Assembly (NCBI GenBank): GCA_951406725.2
Contig: OX597822.1
Span: 8,308,001 to 8,372,000, forward strand
Reading direction: 5' to 3'
Source of the DNA: Octopus vulgaris
Lineage: Eukaryota
DNA length: 64,000 nt
In this document: piece after piece, positions 1-13,980 of the stretch
Layout of the letters: each line of letters opens with the position of its first letter
Numbering within the stretch: position 1 is the stretch's first letter
Made by a program: the position numbers and the translations under genes
Notes under the pieces: generated by a model
What the model saw: only the letters and a program-made list of their open reading frames with translations
The model's database searches: none
What the model was told of the DNA's origin: nothing

Positions 1-105
1 TGCCGGAGCCCCGTGGGGCTTATGTGTTTCGCTCATAAACACACACATCACCCGGTCTGTGATTCGAACAGACGATCCCCCGACCGCGAATACGCTGCTC
101 TAACC

Positions 106-107
<2 letters not shown>
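1..107 (-). mobile_element. tRNA-derived SINE family C, 5' fragment
   Basis: Minus strand GCGGTTAGAGCAGCGTATTCGCGGTCGGGGGATCGTCTGTTCGAATCAC is tRNA-like (A/B boxes) and similar to the copy at 62285-62612. Confidence 0.55.
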
Positions 108-140
<33 letters not shown>

Positions 141-148
141 AACTCCAT

Positions 149-183
<35 letters not shown>

Positions 184-342
184 TATACAGTTATATATTT
201 ATAGATATAGATAGATAAATATATATCTATAGTTATGTATATATCTATATATATATATATACATATATATATATACATATGTATATATATATACATATGT
301 ATATATATATACATATATATATACATATATATATGTATATAT

Positions 343-376
<34 letters not shown>

Positions 377-408
377 CATATGTATATACATACATATATA
401 TATATAAT
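107..408. repeat. (CT)n-(TA)n compound microsatellite
   Basis: Seen directly in sequence. Confidence 0.95.
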
Positions 409-643
409 CCTCCTTTCCTTCCTTTCCTGAGCGTCCAATAACACTATACCTGTTCCACGTACTCTCGTTCTGTGTTTTCTGTTTGTGTTTTCATGCTTGG
501 ATTAACTATGTAAGTGTATATATAGTAGTATTAGTAACAGAAAAGAGGGATTTCGATAATCCCCACGTGGTGAGTTGTAATGTATATAAGAAATTAAAAA
601 AGGAAAATACGCACACTTACATAATTTTAATATAATTTTTGAT

Positions 644-678
644 ATATCGACTGGTTTCGCTATCGCTATTCATGATAT
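644..678 (-). ncRNA. Degenerate minimal type I hammerhead ribozyme in PLE pLTR
   Basis: AUAUC-AUGAAUA-GC(GAUA)GC-GAAAC-CA-GUC-GAUAU: stem I AUAUC/GAUAU, two mismatches to CUGANGA. Confidence 0.55.
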
Positions 679-764
679 TATGTTTTACTTATTTGAATAT
701 GTATCTTTTTTTAAGAAGAAAGTTTGTCCCCATTGTGTGTGATGATATTCACGAGTGAATGACT

Positions 765-1523
765 TCACAAGTAGCTAAATAAAGGGAGGTAAATAGTTAT
801 CGTTATTATTGTTATTGTTGTGGGTAAGGGAAATAACTCTTCAGCTTTCGGTAATGGGAGGGGAATATATATGTGTACAGACAAAGACAAGTTTCGAAAA
901 CCTTGTTTAATGAGGGGATTTATGTACAGTGATGTAATCGTGAACTGAAATATGTAAAAATATAAAAGTTGGTTATGCGTGCATATTAAGACGTGTTCTA
1001 TATTTTTCAATGAAAAAAGTTTATTTAAACGTCCAAGTGGAGGGATTGTGTCTTTGCACTGGTAGAAGGGGAAGACTGTGAAATTTGGTTTGATGTTATC
1101 TGCACATTTTTCTATGTGTTCACTGAGAGGAAGTTGTCTGTATTGCGGGAAACGGACTTGCTCTTTCTGTAGAGTGGTTCCCTTTCTCAAGCTCATACTC
1201 GTTTGTCCAATATAGCTGTGTCTACAACTCGAGCAGGTTATTACACAAATTAGGTTCTCAGAGGCACAAGTGAAATTAGTTTTAATTGTGCACCTCTGTC
1301 CTTGTTTGAAAAGGAAATCCGAGCCTTCAAGCATGTTGGGGCATGTTCCATAGTTTGGGCGTCCACATTTTTCAGCCGTTGGTTTCGTGGTTGTTTTGCA
1401 AAGCTTCGCATTTGTTAGTAGTCCCTTTAGCGATTTGTCTTGTTCTTTGCATTTGATGAGTTTGTGTGTTGTCAGGATGTCGTTCATTTTTCGATCTCTA
1501 GTTAGTAAAGGAAGAGTTTGCAC
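765..1523 (-). pseudogene. GIY-YIG endonuclease domain of a Penelope-like retroelement (decayed)
   Basis: FTCASENLICVITCSSCRHSYIGQTSMSLRK...PLSEHIEKC matches the PLE GIY-YIG with CCHH motif; C-terminus appears frameshifted. Confidence 0.85.
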
Positions 1524-1965
1524 AATAGTGTTGAACGCCTCACTGTTTCTGAGGTTGTGTATTGATATAAATAGTAATGTTTTGAGTTGAGGTGTGGTGT
1601 TATGTTTTGTTGTTCCTAGTGTTATTGCGTCTAATTGTTTGGCACGTTTAATCCCCTCATCGATAAGTTAGGGTGGATATTGTCTTTCAATAAGCGTTGT
1701 TTTGAGGTATTGAAGACAATATATATATATATATATATATATAACACGTGTAGAATGAAATAAAACGATTTCTGTTCAATCTGCGTTCAGCTCCATTTCT
1801 TCAATTCACCAATAATATTTTAATTTCAATTATCCGCACCAACGCACGGTTGCAACACCATATGGTTGTACCTCCAACCGTGCTGTTTACTGCTGTGATT
1901 TTTGCTACTAAGGTATCGGTTAAACTTTTGATTAATCTACTACAAGATTGTTCATCTTTCTATTT

Positions 1966-2005
<40 letters not shown>

Positions 2006-2662
2006 TTAGAACTCTGCAGTTTAGCAGGCGTCAAAGAAACATGTTGGATGAAGCGTTTCTTTTTTCTGATATTTACCGTAACACTCATACATGTGATACT
2101 TTGCGGCAATGCCGAACGTTTCTAGAATATGAGGCATCAGTTTCCTTTTTTCAACTTTTGAAAATTAGTTATTACAGTGTTTCTTGCTTTACGAAGAATT
2201 ACATTCAAACATTTTCAATTTAGAATATTTTGCGATTTTTTTCCACATCTTAATATTGCCATATAAATATATTTGACAGTTTGTCATCCATCATTAATGA
2301 AGCAAGTGGGACAATGTCACTTCCTGATCAAAGTTTTATGCTTCCCAAATAAAATAACATCCATATTTCATTTTTATGAACACACTTCGGCATCACTTTG
2401 TCAGTAGTTTAGATGTAAAATTTGTGCAAGTTTATTTGTGGGCTTCAAAATAAAGTGGAGATATGTAGATTTCATTTCAAATAGCTTTTTAGCTATCTAT
2501 CTGTCTATCTAACTGTCTCTCTATATATGTATATATATATGTATATACACACACATACGCATATATAATACTTTTAGTAAGAGAAGGAATGTGACATCCA
2601 GGCAGTTACCGAATTTCTCTCAGTAAAATGCCAAGCTGGCTCCGTTATATTGCGCGTTTTAA

Positions 2663-2709
<47 letters not shown>

Positions 2710-2756
2710 CTGTGTTAATAATACACAGGGGGTGGGGGCTCACAAAACAAGGATAA

Positions 2757-3150
2757 ATAGAAATCAAGACAATTTTTTGAGAAGTGATATTTTGCCCCCC
2801 TTGAAGTGACCAGCTGAATTTGCCATTTCTAAAAGCCAATAATCATTTACTATTCAAAGACTGACCAGTTGCAAAAATGTAAATACATTTTTCTTCTTTC
2901 TCTCCTCCTCCTTCCTCTCATTCCCCTTTCCCATTTGACATTACTTTCAGATACAGAGACACCCACACACACACACACGCGCACATGTACACACACACAC
3001 ATTCTCTCTCTCACAAGACTGATAAAAAGGAAATCCAGACAATTTTTTGAAAAATGATATTTTGCCCCCTTGGTGTGACCAGCTGGATTGGCCATTTCTA
3101 AAAACCAAGAATCAATTACTATTGAAAGACTGACCAGCTGCAAAGATACC
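2757..3150 (+). repeat. Diverged local direct duplication (~120 bp; 2760-2878 and 3031-3148)
   Basis: aaatc(a/c)agacaattttt...gtgaccagctg...gccatttctaaaa...gactgaccag occurs twice. Confidence 0.8.
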
Positions 3151-3685
3151 AGCAATTTTGTTCACGTTTCACTCCTTCTTCATTTCCTTCTCTTTTTCAT
3201 CAACTCTCATTTCAGATACAAACACACACACGCACACACACACACACACACACGCTCTCTCTCACTTTCTCCCCATTCCTCGCCCTCTTGTATCTATCCC
3301 TACCCCTACATACTCAATAATACTATAAAAAGAGACAAAATTCCTGCAAAAGCTCACTTCGAAAACTCCACTAGAGTGGACGAAAGCGCAAATGTATGAT
3401 ATATGATTTATAAAAATATGTAACATATTAAGAAATATCTGTAAATATAAAACCATCCAGATTTTTGAGTACCTCATTTCTTCTAATATATAATACCTCT
3501 ACATCATCTCCAAATCTTCTAATATACACACAGAGCAAAAACAAATTGTTTCTATGCCAATATGCTGAAAAATAGACTTTATATCGTCAATCACCACATA
3601 CAATATTCTTCACTATAAATACACAGCGTGTTGCAAACGAAAAAAGCAAGCTAACAAGATTTAAAAAAAATTTTGCTATCACCGA

Positions 3686-3737
3686 ATCGGACCGATTTCT
3701 GGATTAATCCATAAAGGATTTTTCCTTCATCAGCGGA
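3686..3737 (-). ncRNA. Hammerhead ribozyme-like motif with two-hairpin stem II (PLE pLTR remnant)
   Basis: CCG-CUGAUGA-AGGA(AAAA)UCCU-UUA-UGGA(UUAA)UCCA-GAAA-UCG-GUC-CGA. Confidence 0.6.
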
Positions 3738-6700
3738 GAACACGATAAGAAATAAAGTGGATACTTACATATGCCCATGGAATATGCTTGCGTATGATGA
3801 AATCTTTTTAAAAACATTTTATCCTACATCAGAAGTAAATTTATTGCCATTCACTTCGAGACTAGTGCCGACTCAACGTCAGTTTCCTGACCGAATACGC
3901 GTGTGTTGAGGCTTGCTACAGACTTTCTATTTGGATATATTTGGGATATTTAAGAGTACACATGACAAGTTTTTCTTTTTCATTGTGTGTGTGAACGCAT
4001 TTAATTAATCTTTTCAAATATATGTAATATATATACAAGAATAGATAATGAGAGTGAAAAAGAGAGATACAAATAAATATGTATTTCTACACTTCCTATT
4101 TAGAGATTCAGAACCACAAATTTCTTCCATCAGAAGAACCTCTTGTCACATGGTCGGCTGACTAAGTGTGATCATCGGCGTTTTGTGAGGATTTATATAT
4201 TTATCATAAGATATCTTATTGCAAATTTCACCCTTGATTCTACCTTGTATTATAATAAAAAATCTAAATGTTGAAATTTAGTTCCCATTCCATTCATCAC
4301 AAACTTATGCAGGGTGTTATATAACCTACATTTCCTTAAACTTTGCCCTGGTAACCAGACTAAATGAAGTGCAGTATCTATTGATTCTACCCTCAGTTGT
4401 TCAAATCCTATTATGCACCAGCACTTTATTAGTTTAATGCAGAATTTATATAATACATCACTATGTACCTAATGCCGCTGATTATTTTTGATGAAAAATA
4501 TGTGGGTTTTCGGTTGCAGTCATTGCACTGTGATTGTGAACATAATACTTTATCTTTAACTATTTGGCTACACCCGGTCCAAATATTCTACGTGTTTTAT
4601 GCTTAAACTAGTATGATCTGTCCCGTCGCACCTACCTTACGTATGGGAGGATATTCTAAAAATCTCATTCTAAAACTACATAATCACAGCATCAAAATTT
4701 CGAAGTTATACAACACGATTAATTAAAAGCAATGTCAATAAATATGCTTTACATTTGATAATCTAACACCCAAATGATTAAGTGAATCGTTAGCATTCTT
4801 TGTCTTCTGTGAATGCATACATTTTGAAAGAAAGAAACTGATATATTCGATAGCTACAATTTTTTCCGAGGTTTTCGTTTATTGTACCTTTACCACGTAT
4901 GATTCCAGTGTCGTCTGTAAAGTTCGCAATTGTATATCTGTCTCATACATTACATATTCTGCACTTAAAAGGAACATTCATAGCATCGTATAAAATTTAC
5001 TTCAGACTTATTCTTGAGATCGTTTTTTATTTGCTTCCATTTTCCTCCATTTTTGTCAAAGCCACCTTCAATTCAGCAAAATTATCTTTAACCAAAATTT
5101 GACACACATCGGATTATGTTTCTTTGTATTCTAGTCACTTGCACTGGCTGGCTCATCTAACAGATCTTATTGGAAGTTATTTTTCATAGTTTGTTGTTCC
5201 TTACCACAGTTACACACCATATTGTTTCAGGAGCTATATTGCCGTTTCTTAGATATCATCTTGACTCGAACAAACAAGCTTTTATTCGATTAAAGAATTT
5301 TCACTTTACACAGAATTATTCTGCAACAGATTCGACCACTATCTATCACACTGGATTGTTACACTATTTATTGACCGAAAGAATAAAAGTCAATTCTGAG
5401 CAAAGCTGGACTAAGAGTGCTCAATGTAGTCGCGAATAGAGCGAGATATTCTATCCAAACATCTAACATTTCTGCCAATTCGCTGGTTGTAAAGCTTATT
5501 AAAACACAGTAGATTAAGTAGGAAATGAATATACCATGAAAGAGCACGGAATTAAATGAAAACAAAAGTTCAACCTCGAATAAATATTCCCATTTGACTA
5601 GAAATTATTCAAGGTGTTGAGGATTGCAATCGATTCAGATTTCAAGGTAAAAGTAAGCTCCCCTGAACGTAAACCCCAACTGATCTTAAAGTTAATCCCT
5701 AGCAGCAGCCGATATACATTTTCACCTACATATGTAAATCTTCTGTAAATAGTTTCATCTTTTTTTTATTGAGCGCCTTAACAAGTGATGTCATTATGAG
5801 GTATACAGTCTCTGAAATATAAGATTCTAATTCAGAGAAATTTTCTACAGAGTTTCAGTTGTATCCATTCAACACAAGTTCGCATCCTTGAAATGTTGAG
5901 TATTCAGAGAACGCATTTTGACATTCAAACTATATTTTCTTTAGTTTTTGCAGTGCCCTTGGATAATTTATGCTTCTAGCATTCTTTAATAAATTAAAAA
6001 TAACTACACTATCAATTGCTACTATTTATTAATTTATTAATTTTTAATATTGCATTTATTGATTTTTAATACTGCATAATACATATAGTTTTTGATGGTC
6101 GAAAAATAATGCACCATTTCAAGTTCCTATTTTTCTATTTATAGACTTAAATAACCGGTCCTAAGATATTCATGACCAAATTATCTCGACAAAAATATTG
6201 TATTGAGAACACATTGCATAAAGACATACTATACTCTACAATATTACGAGCAATAGTTATTTTTTCTCTCCAAAAGTATAATACATTTTATTTAGCAATT
6301 GCATCTATTTTTTGAAACATATTTATTTATTTCTGTTCAATATTTTTGTTCAAAACAAGATCTGTTTGTTTGCGTATAGAATCAAATATTATTCGGTGAT
6401 GCCTATACGCCAATTAAAACTTATAATATGTATAAAGTTATGCATTGTCATGTACATATGATACCACGTCTTGTTTAACATTTGTTACTATTTACATTTG
6501 AAATGGCTCCGGAATTTTATGAGTTTTCGGAATTATTCAAATATTTCATTACGAATCAGTTTTATTTATCTATTTTAATAAAGAGCAGAATATAAATAGA
6601 TCATTGTTCATTGAAGATCTTCAAAGAAGCACACTCTAATATAATAAACAGTTTGCAAGCAGCGCATAAATAAATATATTTTTAAAAAAATATGATTTAA

Positions 6701-6786
6701 TGGGATAGTAAATCAACATTGTTGACGAACTCAGGCACACAAACACGATCGTCCACAAGCACACACACGTGGACATGTATATTTTA

Positions 6787-6825
<39 letters not shown>

Positions 6826-6831
6826 ATATAT

Positions 6832-6884
<53 letters not shown>

Positions 6885-9182
6885 AAATATATTTATTATT
6901 ACTATTATTATTTTTATTATTAGTTATAATGTGTGTGTGGATAAGAAGAAGCGCGTGTGTGTATGATTTTATGTATACATATTGTGAGTAAAAGTGTTTC
7001 TTATAATAGGTTTCTTTAGCAAGCCTTCATTCTTGTGTATGTATCTATATACTGTTGTCTTGGTGGAGATGGCATTCCACTAAAGTCATCTCTAGTTGTG
7101 AATGTGTTTCTCAAATTGAAATTAATGGGAAGTATTTTTCCCTCTGGAATTTCAAAGTATAATTCAACTAATATAAAGCTTTCTCAACTATAATACGAAT
7201 ACATTAATGCTTTTTGGATATTCCGTATAACATTAGTAAAACAGTAATAATATATTTAAGGTCTAGACGACTTGGAAACTTTAGTGGAGTAGGAACTTTA
7301 TAGGTATGCGCTTGAGTCTCTCTATGTATATAGCGTGTTACAGTGTTATATACGTGTGTTTGATTTGTATGAACAGGGCATGTATTGGTCCAGGCGTATG
7401 ATCAATTGCGACCTTAACGGAAAATCCTAGAACATAACGACATACTCAAAGAAAATATATAGCTATAAAATATCAGTTTTTTCCTCCTTTCTCTATGTGT
7501 TTATATAGCATGAGCGCGTATAGATTTTTAGATCAAATAATTAAAATATGTTGTAACTTTTAAGCGGAAACGTCTCAATCGGAAAATAATTTTGAAGTAT
7601 TTTAAGAGTGCAATCAATTACGAATTAATTTTCCGGAACCTAGAATTCAGATAAGTGAAATAAACGAAGAAATGACATTAATGTGTCTTACATTCGTTTG
7701 TAATGAACTGTCTTCAATCAAAATAAAACATATTTACACTGAGTGCAACAATGAAAAATGATATTATTAATAATGATATTCACTAGTAAACATTGCTCGG
7801 GGCATTTTGGGGAAGATATCTTATGATAAATATATAAATCCTCACACAAATATGTATGCTATGATAACGTATATCATTACATTTTTGTGAAGAATAAATT
7901 TGATAACAACTTGAGCATAACTTTGTTACTATCTAGCAATCAGTTCATTCAAAACGCATAAAAATATTGTTCCTATTTAATTTGTATTTCCAGAGAAAAG
8001 AGAAAAAAAAATGGTAGATGTTATCACACAAAACTTCTGATTTCTCTATGAAAGAATCACCCGCGTTTTATTCTTTTAAATACACGAATCATAAGAGAAA
8101 CCATAAATGATTGCACACTATAGAACAATATTAAGATGAAATGTATGCAAAACTAAATGACGTCTATGAATAGTAGCTTATAATAAAAAGAAACACAGAG
8201 ACACTACCGTTTTCAGCTTAGTATAGTATATAAACCAAACAGATTATAATTATATTAATGTAGAAAGATATGAGATATTTGCAATAGCAGCTCAAGATAT
8301 ACTTGTGATGTAAAATCTGACAAAACACGAAACACTGATGTGCTGTTATACTTCAGATTTGTGTTTACAATAGTATCAACACAGGATTTAACATTTTTTA
8401 ACTCCTCCCACTATCAGCCGTCAGTGGACACACAGAATAAAATACTACATTGTACAGTGTTAGTTTCTGAAGCTGTCTTAACTTACTACGGCTGTATGTC
8501 GATCGCTTATTTTTGTTAAACTAAATTATAATTAAACAACGCTACATTCCATAGCAACAAAACAGAAGTTGATTAGCGTGTTTTAAATTAATGGAGAGGA
8601 TTGGGATTGAAAAATCAGATTTGCTGAGTGTGGGACAATGTAACTTGTAATATCTATTTTGAAGCATTTACGTAACAGTTTGAAATATCGCCAAGTTCAA
8701 CTTTGGAATATCCTATCAGAGTGAGTAAAATATACAGCAGCCAAGCACTAAGAAAGATTTAATAATTTCTACACATAACCACATCCTTCAACAATCAATA
8801 ACCTTGGACTAAGCAGCAGAGAATTTTCGTCTTGATCCTGCATAATCTTTAGGTGTTCATCGGGTTCACAATACAAACGGCTTAAGTACTGAGTGAGAAA
8901 ATCTGAGGCATTGTAGTATTAGCTTTCGAAATTATAATTTTATATTAATTCCAAAAGATGTGGCACATAAGTTATTTTCTTGAATTTGCATTCAAGAGAA
9001 AGTTAATTCAGCTTTTTTTTTATGAATATCGTGCTAAAATTAACTGAATTTATGCTACTTTTGAAACGTTTTCCTACGAAAATATTCTCCATCACAAGAT
9101 CCAAGTTTTCCGAATTTTCTCAAGAAAATTAGTTGATGTTTCATTGTTAGTGCGAATAATAGAGTTGATATACATATATATA

Positions 9183-10135
9183 TACGAGGGATGTTCATTA
9201 AAGATTTTCCCTGATTCACTTCTCAAAGACTTGGATAAACAAAACTTGGAGCAATTATTACTCTCTTTCACTCTCTCTACTTGGCAACTGTGATTGGTGA
9301 CAAACTTCTCCTACCGCTTTGTGCAGCTGCGAATACCTCGTCTGTAGAAGTCGGTAGGTTGCATACATAAAGGTGTGTTCATTAAAGATTTTCTCTAATC
9401 CACCGAAAAATGATTCTCCCTCAAAAATACTTTATGTTTGGAAAAACGTGGAAGTCAGATAGTGCGAGGTTGAGAGAGCAAGGGGGATGAGGAAGGATTT
9501 CGTAGCTGCAGGAGTCTGCTTTCTTCGCAGCAGGATGCATTTTGTGAAATGGGGCCTTGTCTTGGGGGAGGCACATCTCTTTCGTTAACATACCACGAAT
9601 CTCTGCGTTGATGGCGATCTGCATTTTATGCAGCAGAAAAGCATAATTGTGGTGCCCTTTGCCATAAAATCCATCATCACTATTCTGCGCTCGTCCCAAA
9701 AGAATGTGAGCATCAACTTGTCTGTTGAGGGTTGGACACGAGATTTCTTTGGAGGTGGTGATTTATGCTTCCATTGCTTCGGCTGGATTTTAGTCTTAGG
9801 ATAATTATAATTGACACATGTCTCATCATGTGTAATGAGTCTGCCGGAAAAAGTTCTCACTTTTTTCTTAGTACGTAGCCAAATGAACCTGGGAGCAATT
9901 GACTCATTCTTGTTTCTGAAGAGGTGTGATCATCCGGGGAATCCATCGTGCACACAACTTCTGCATGTGCAAATGGTCGTGAATGATTTTTTTCCGCAGA
10001 CCCTACACTTATCTTCACTTCTTGGAATGACTGCCGAATGGTTATGAGACGATCCTCCAAAATGGCAGCTTTCACTATTCTGCATCAATGGCGGAATGTG
10101 GTCGTCCAAAAATAGGATCAGTTTCCAACGATATA
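9183..10135 (-). mobile_element. mariner (DD34D) transposon fossil
   Basis: TA-CGAGGG terminus; fragments LITHDETCV...KLMLTFFWD, ILPHPPCSLNLALSDFHVFP (HPPYSPDLAPSDF-like) and HTH region ILEDRLITIR; multiple frameshifts. Confidence 0.85.
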
Positions 10136-10138
10136 TAC

Positions 10139-10389
10139 ACTTTACTCTTTTACTCTTTACTGATTTCTTTTGTTTCAGATATTTGACTGTGGGTATGCTG
10201 GAGCACCATCTTTAGTCGAGCTAATCGACCCCAGGACTTATTCTTTGTAAGCCTAGTACATATGCTATCAGTTTCTTTAGCCGAACCACTAAGTTACGGG
10301 GACGTAAACACAGCAGCATCGGTTGTCAAGCGATGTTAGGGGGACAAACAGAGACACACAGACATATACACACACATACATGTATACAT

Positions 10390-10438
<49 letters not shown>

Positions 10439-10543
10439 CACGACGAGCTTCTTAGGCTATAGTAGAAGACACTTGCCCAAGGTGGCACGCAGTGGGACTG
10501 AACCCGGAAAACATTACCACACATCCATATATATATGCCTACG

Positions 10544-10546
<3 letters not shown>
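10139..10546 (-). mobile_element. SINE family A (tRNA-derived, internal CA/TA tract), internally deleted
   Basis: Colinear with the copy at 31365-31776; (AAGAGTA)n tail. Confidence 0.85.
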
Positions 10547-10580
<34 letters not shown>

Positions 10581-10612
10581 CATATATATATATTGCACAT
10601 ATACATTTGTAT

Positions 10613-11121
10613 ATACGTGGTCTGATCAATAAGTATCCAGACTGTTGCCATATTAACGACACTAAAGTACACAGAGTAAAGCCACTTTGCTTAGATTGAC
10701 CTTAAATTCTGCTATGCATGCGCACCAAGTTTTACCGTTCTACTTCAGTTTTTTTACAGCAGTGCTTGGAATGAAGGTGTTCAGCGTGCGATCGTCGTAT
10801 TGATCATGACAGAGAAAATTGAGCGGAGAATCTGCATAAAATTTTGCCAAAACCTTGGTGATATATGCTAAGAAGCTTACGCAATGTTTTCAATCATCCT
10901 CGATACAATCAAGATGATCTTGTGCAACTGAAACCCAAGTGTCATTTTGTTCAGCTGAATGCAGTTGCTTTACAAACTTGGCAGACACGCATCATGCCCA
11001 AATTTTCTGTGATAATGGACAGAACTGAACCGTAACGTCCTTTGAAAACTCACGGATGGTGATTCGACGATTTTCCGTCAAAGCTGCGCGCACAACTGTG
11101 ATGTTTTTATCAGTTCTGCTG
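10613..11121. mobile_element. Second mariner fossil, internally rearranged
   Basis: TA-CGTGGTCTGATCAATAAGTATCC terminus; plus strand MTEKIERRICIKFCQNLG at ~10805; minus strand SRTDKNITVVRAALTENRRITIRE...ENLGM at ~10960-11120. Confidence 0.7.
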
Positions 11122-11329
11122 AAAAAATAGTAAATGTATCTAGAGGAGTCCTGTGTAATAATAGTTGTTTGCTATACAATTTCTTTCATTTTACGATTTC
11201 TATCTGCTTCACATGCATTTGGTTCTCTACAATTTCAATTTCAAGTACTGGCAGGTACTATGCTGTTATATTTATAGACTTTTTGGATAATGGAGTTATG
11301 GTTATTATCATTATAATAGTTGTTGATTA

Positions 11330-12900
11330 CAGGCTTCCTGGAGGTACTGGGTACATTTAATGTAGTTTTTATGGAATGGATCCAGTTTCTTATTGTTAAA
11401 AGAAGTCATTATCCTAAAGAGATTTGGAGAAACTGAAAATTTATTTCAAAACCATTAATCCCATTTTACTAAATATGGCACTTATCTTCACCAAGAATAG
11501 GACTAAATTATCAATGAAAGAAATAAAAATTATACTTGAAGCTAGAATGTCTATAATATTTCATGAAGGTAAACACTGGACACGACTGTTTCGATGCACC
11601 AATCGGTGCGCAAGATTCCGCAGAGATAACCGATTCAGTCGAGAGTTACCTACTACAGCAACCTAAAGAAGAATTCCCTGGATTAGAAGGTGTAATCTAC
11701 CGGAACGACGCTCTCTTCTTAGTTAGGAACATCTCCAACGGAAAACTTGAACTCTACAAAAAAGACTACATATTTTTTTATAAAAACTAAGGACTATCTC
11801 TTAGCATTGAAAAATATAACAACTCTGTGAAGTTCATAGACGTTAACTCCAATCTCAATATTTCCACCCACCAACCTTACCATAAACCTAACAATGATAT
11901 CACATATATAAACGCACAAAGTAACCATCCATATAACATTATAGTAAATCTTACCAGCAACATAGAGAGAAGAATTAATCTATTATCATCTAATGAAGAA
12001 CTATTTAAGAAACATAAAGACTTCTATAACCTAGCACTTAAGAAGCCTGAATATAAATATGAAATTAATTATAATAAAAGCGACAGTATCAATACTAATA
12101 ATACCAAAACCCATTTGCAAACGAACAATATATGTAATATTTGTGAACCTAAGTCAATTAGTACACCCCAAAAAGGTGTAACTGACTATCTCAATAATAA
12201 TAAATCTCTCAGCATAACATAGGCAAAAACACGTAAATAACAACTACAATAAACAAAATTTTAAAAAAAATCAATACGAGCATCGCATCCATAACTTTAC
12301 TAACGGAAACAATAAAATAAATTTGAAAGAAACTGAATCTATTCTATTATAATAAAAAAAAAACTACAATAAATGTACCTAGTACCTCCAATAATCCTAT
12401 AATTAACAACTACTATAATGATAATAAACATAACTCCACCACGCCAACCCCACAAAAAATATAGACATAACACCATAGTACCACCCACTAATTTAAATCG
12501 TAATCATAGATTCCCAAATGCCTGTGAAGTAGACAGAAATTATAAAATGACTGAAGTTTTATTTCAAGCAGCTATTATTACTCAGGACTCCAGTAGGTAC
12601 ACATACGAGGGTTGCAAACAAAAATTCAGTTAAATCGAGAATATATAATAGCAGATATTCTTTTGCGGACCCTAGAAAAGAAAATAGCACAGGTTTATCT
12701 AAAGAAAAAATTAGTAACTCAAAAGAAGCAATATTGATTTCTCTATCTTCTGCCCCTTCTTACAGAAATAATAATAAATTTTGTTGGTTGTATTTGGAAG
12801 AAATTTACAATATAATGAAAATGAATGGAGATTTGGTTAATACTAGGGTTGAATCATTTCTCGTATAAACACGTGACGAATTTCCTATTTATCAATCTTA
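11330..12900 (+). mobile_element. Decayed Penelope-like element (RT + GIY-YIG), probably Naiad-type
   Basis: GAQDSAEITD...GVIYRNDALF (YRDD-like); KFIDV...PYHKPNNDITYINAQSNHPYNII...RINLLSS; endonuclease remnant EVLFQAAI...YTYEGC; many stops and frameshifts. Confidence 0.8.
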
Positions 12901-13514
12901 ATTAATTCTTCATTGTCCTCTTGTTTAGAATAGTGTTGGTATTTTTTATGATATATCTATATATTATTTTTTCTATGGGATATATGTACTCCTCACATCC
13001 CCTTTACATCAATATATCTTACATAATCTTGGTACTATTTTTCCTTTATCATTTGCTCCAAACATTTGCATGACCCACAATAGATCGGGCTATAACTTTA
13101 TCTATCTCTCCCTAAACCTCTTTTTCCTTCCATATGTCTGGATAAAAGAAATTATACCTTTCCTTAGTATACAATATACCTATAATGTTTTGTACTTTAT
13201 TTGCACAATGTGACCATATAGCCCCTCCTCAACATACCCATTCTAACTATTACTGGTTTATGTCATCATACCCAATAATTGTCACTATACCTAATAATTA
13301 CATACATTTTACCGTTGATATATGCACATACAGTACTTCTTGATGTCCTAAATGTCTACAATTATGCGTACATATCTATGTATGGACCTTATATGACATC
13401 TATGTGCGTATACCTACTGCTTTTGTGTTTGTTTACCATATGTTGGTACTAAAATATATCTTTTTAACATGTACCTATGTATCTACGTATGTACGTATGT
13501 TTCGCATATATATA

Positions 13515-13595
<81 letters not shown>

Positions 13596-13624
13596 GTATG
13601 TATATGCATATATATGTATAAAAT

Positions 13625-13915
13625 ATATATAAAAATACAAAATGGGACAAGAACACAAAACATTCAAATAGACGACACAAAAAAACGGACGGGTCATTCG
13701 AAGCCTCTAATCTTCAGTCAAGAACCGGATCATCTTCGCAATTTAGGCTGATTACTCTTGGTATCGCTCCGATCCGGCCAGCTCCAAGGAGAAACTAAGC
13801 TACGAGCATTAGATTTCTTGGAAAAAGGATCGAATATATACGAAACAAGGACAGAAAAACGGAGGATGCCACATGAATATGAATACAAAAAACAATAATA
13901 ATAATAACACGACAA
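13625..13915 (-). mobile_element. Penelope-type pLTR fragment in (TA)n
   Basis: Bounded by TA tracts; minus strand carries a degenerate hammerhead-like CUGAAGA...CGAAUGAC; layout resembles 37350-37550 and 59095-59285. Confidence 0.45.
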
Positions 13916-13948
13916 ATTCATATATGTATATATAGATAAATATTTATA

Positions 13949-13980
<32 letters not shown>

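Larger units (their letters stand above)
530..1717 (-). mobile_element. Penelope-like element (Neptune-like), 5'-truncated: RT thumb/linker, GIY-YIG, 3' UTR/pLTR
   Basis: Upstream frame LKTTLIERQYPP*LIDEGIKRAK; Cys linker KCGRPNYGTCP; GIY-YIG motif NLICVITCSSCRHSYIGQT; ends at a (TA)n tract. Confidence 0.85.

Noticed and set aside
3355-3395. Hairpin TCCAC(TAGA)GTGGA-CGAAAG resembling hammerhead stem II
   Set aside because: No CUGANGA box upstream; too degenerate to call.
8770-8905. Possible minus-strand host exon (DFLTQYLSRLYCEPDEHLKIMQDQDENSLLLSPR)
   Set aside because: Short open frame with weak splice signals and no recognisable homology; cannot be supported without a search.
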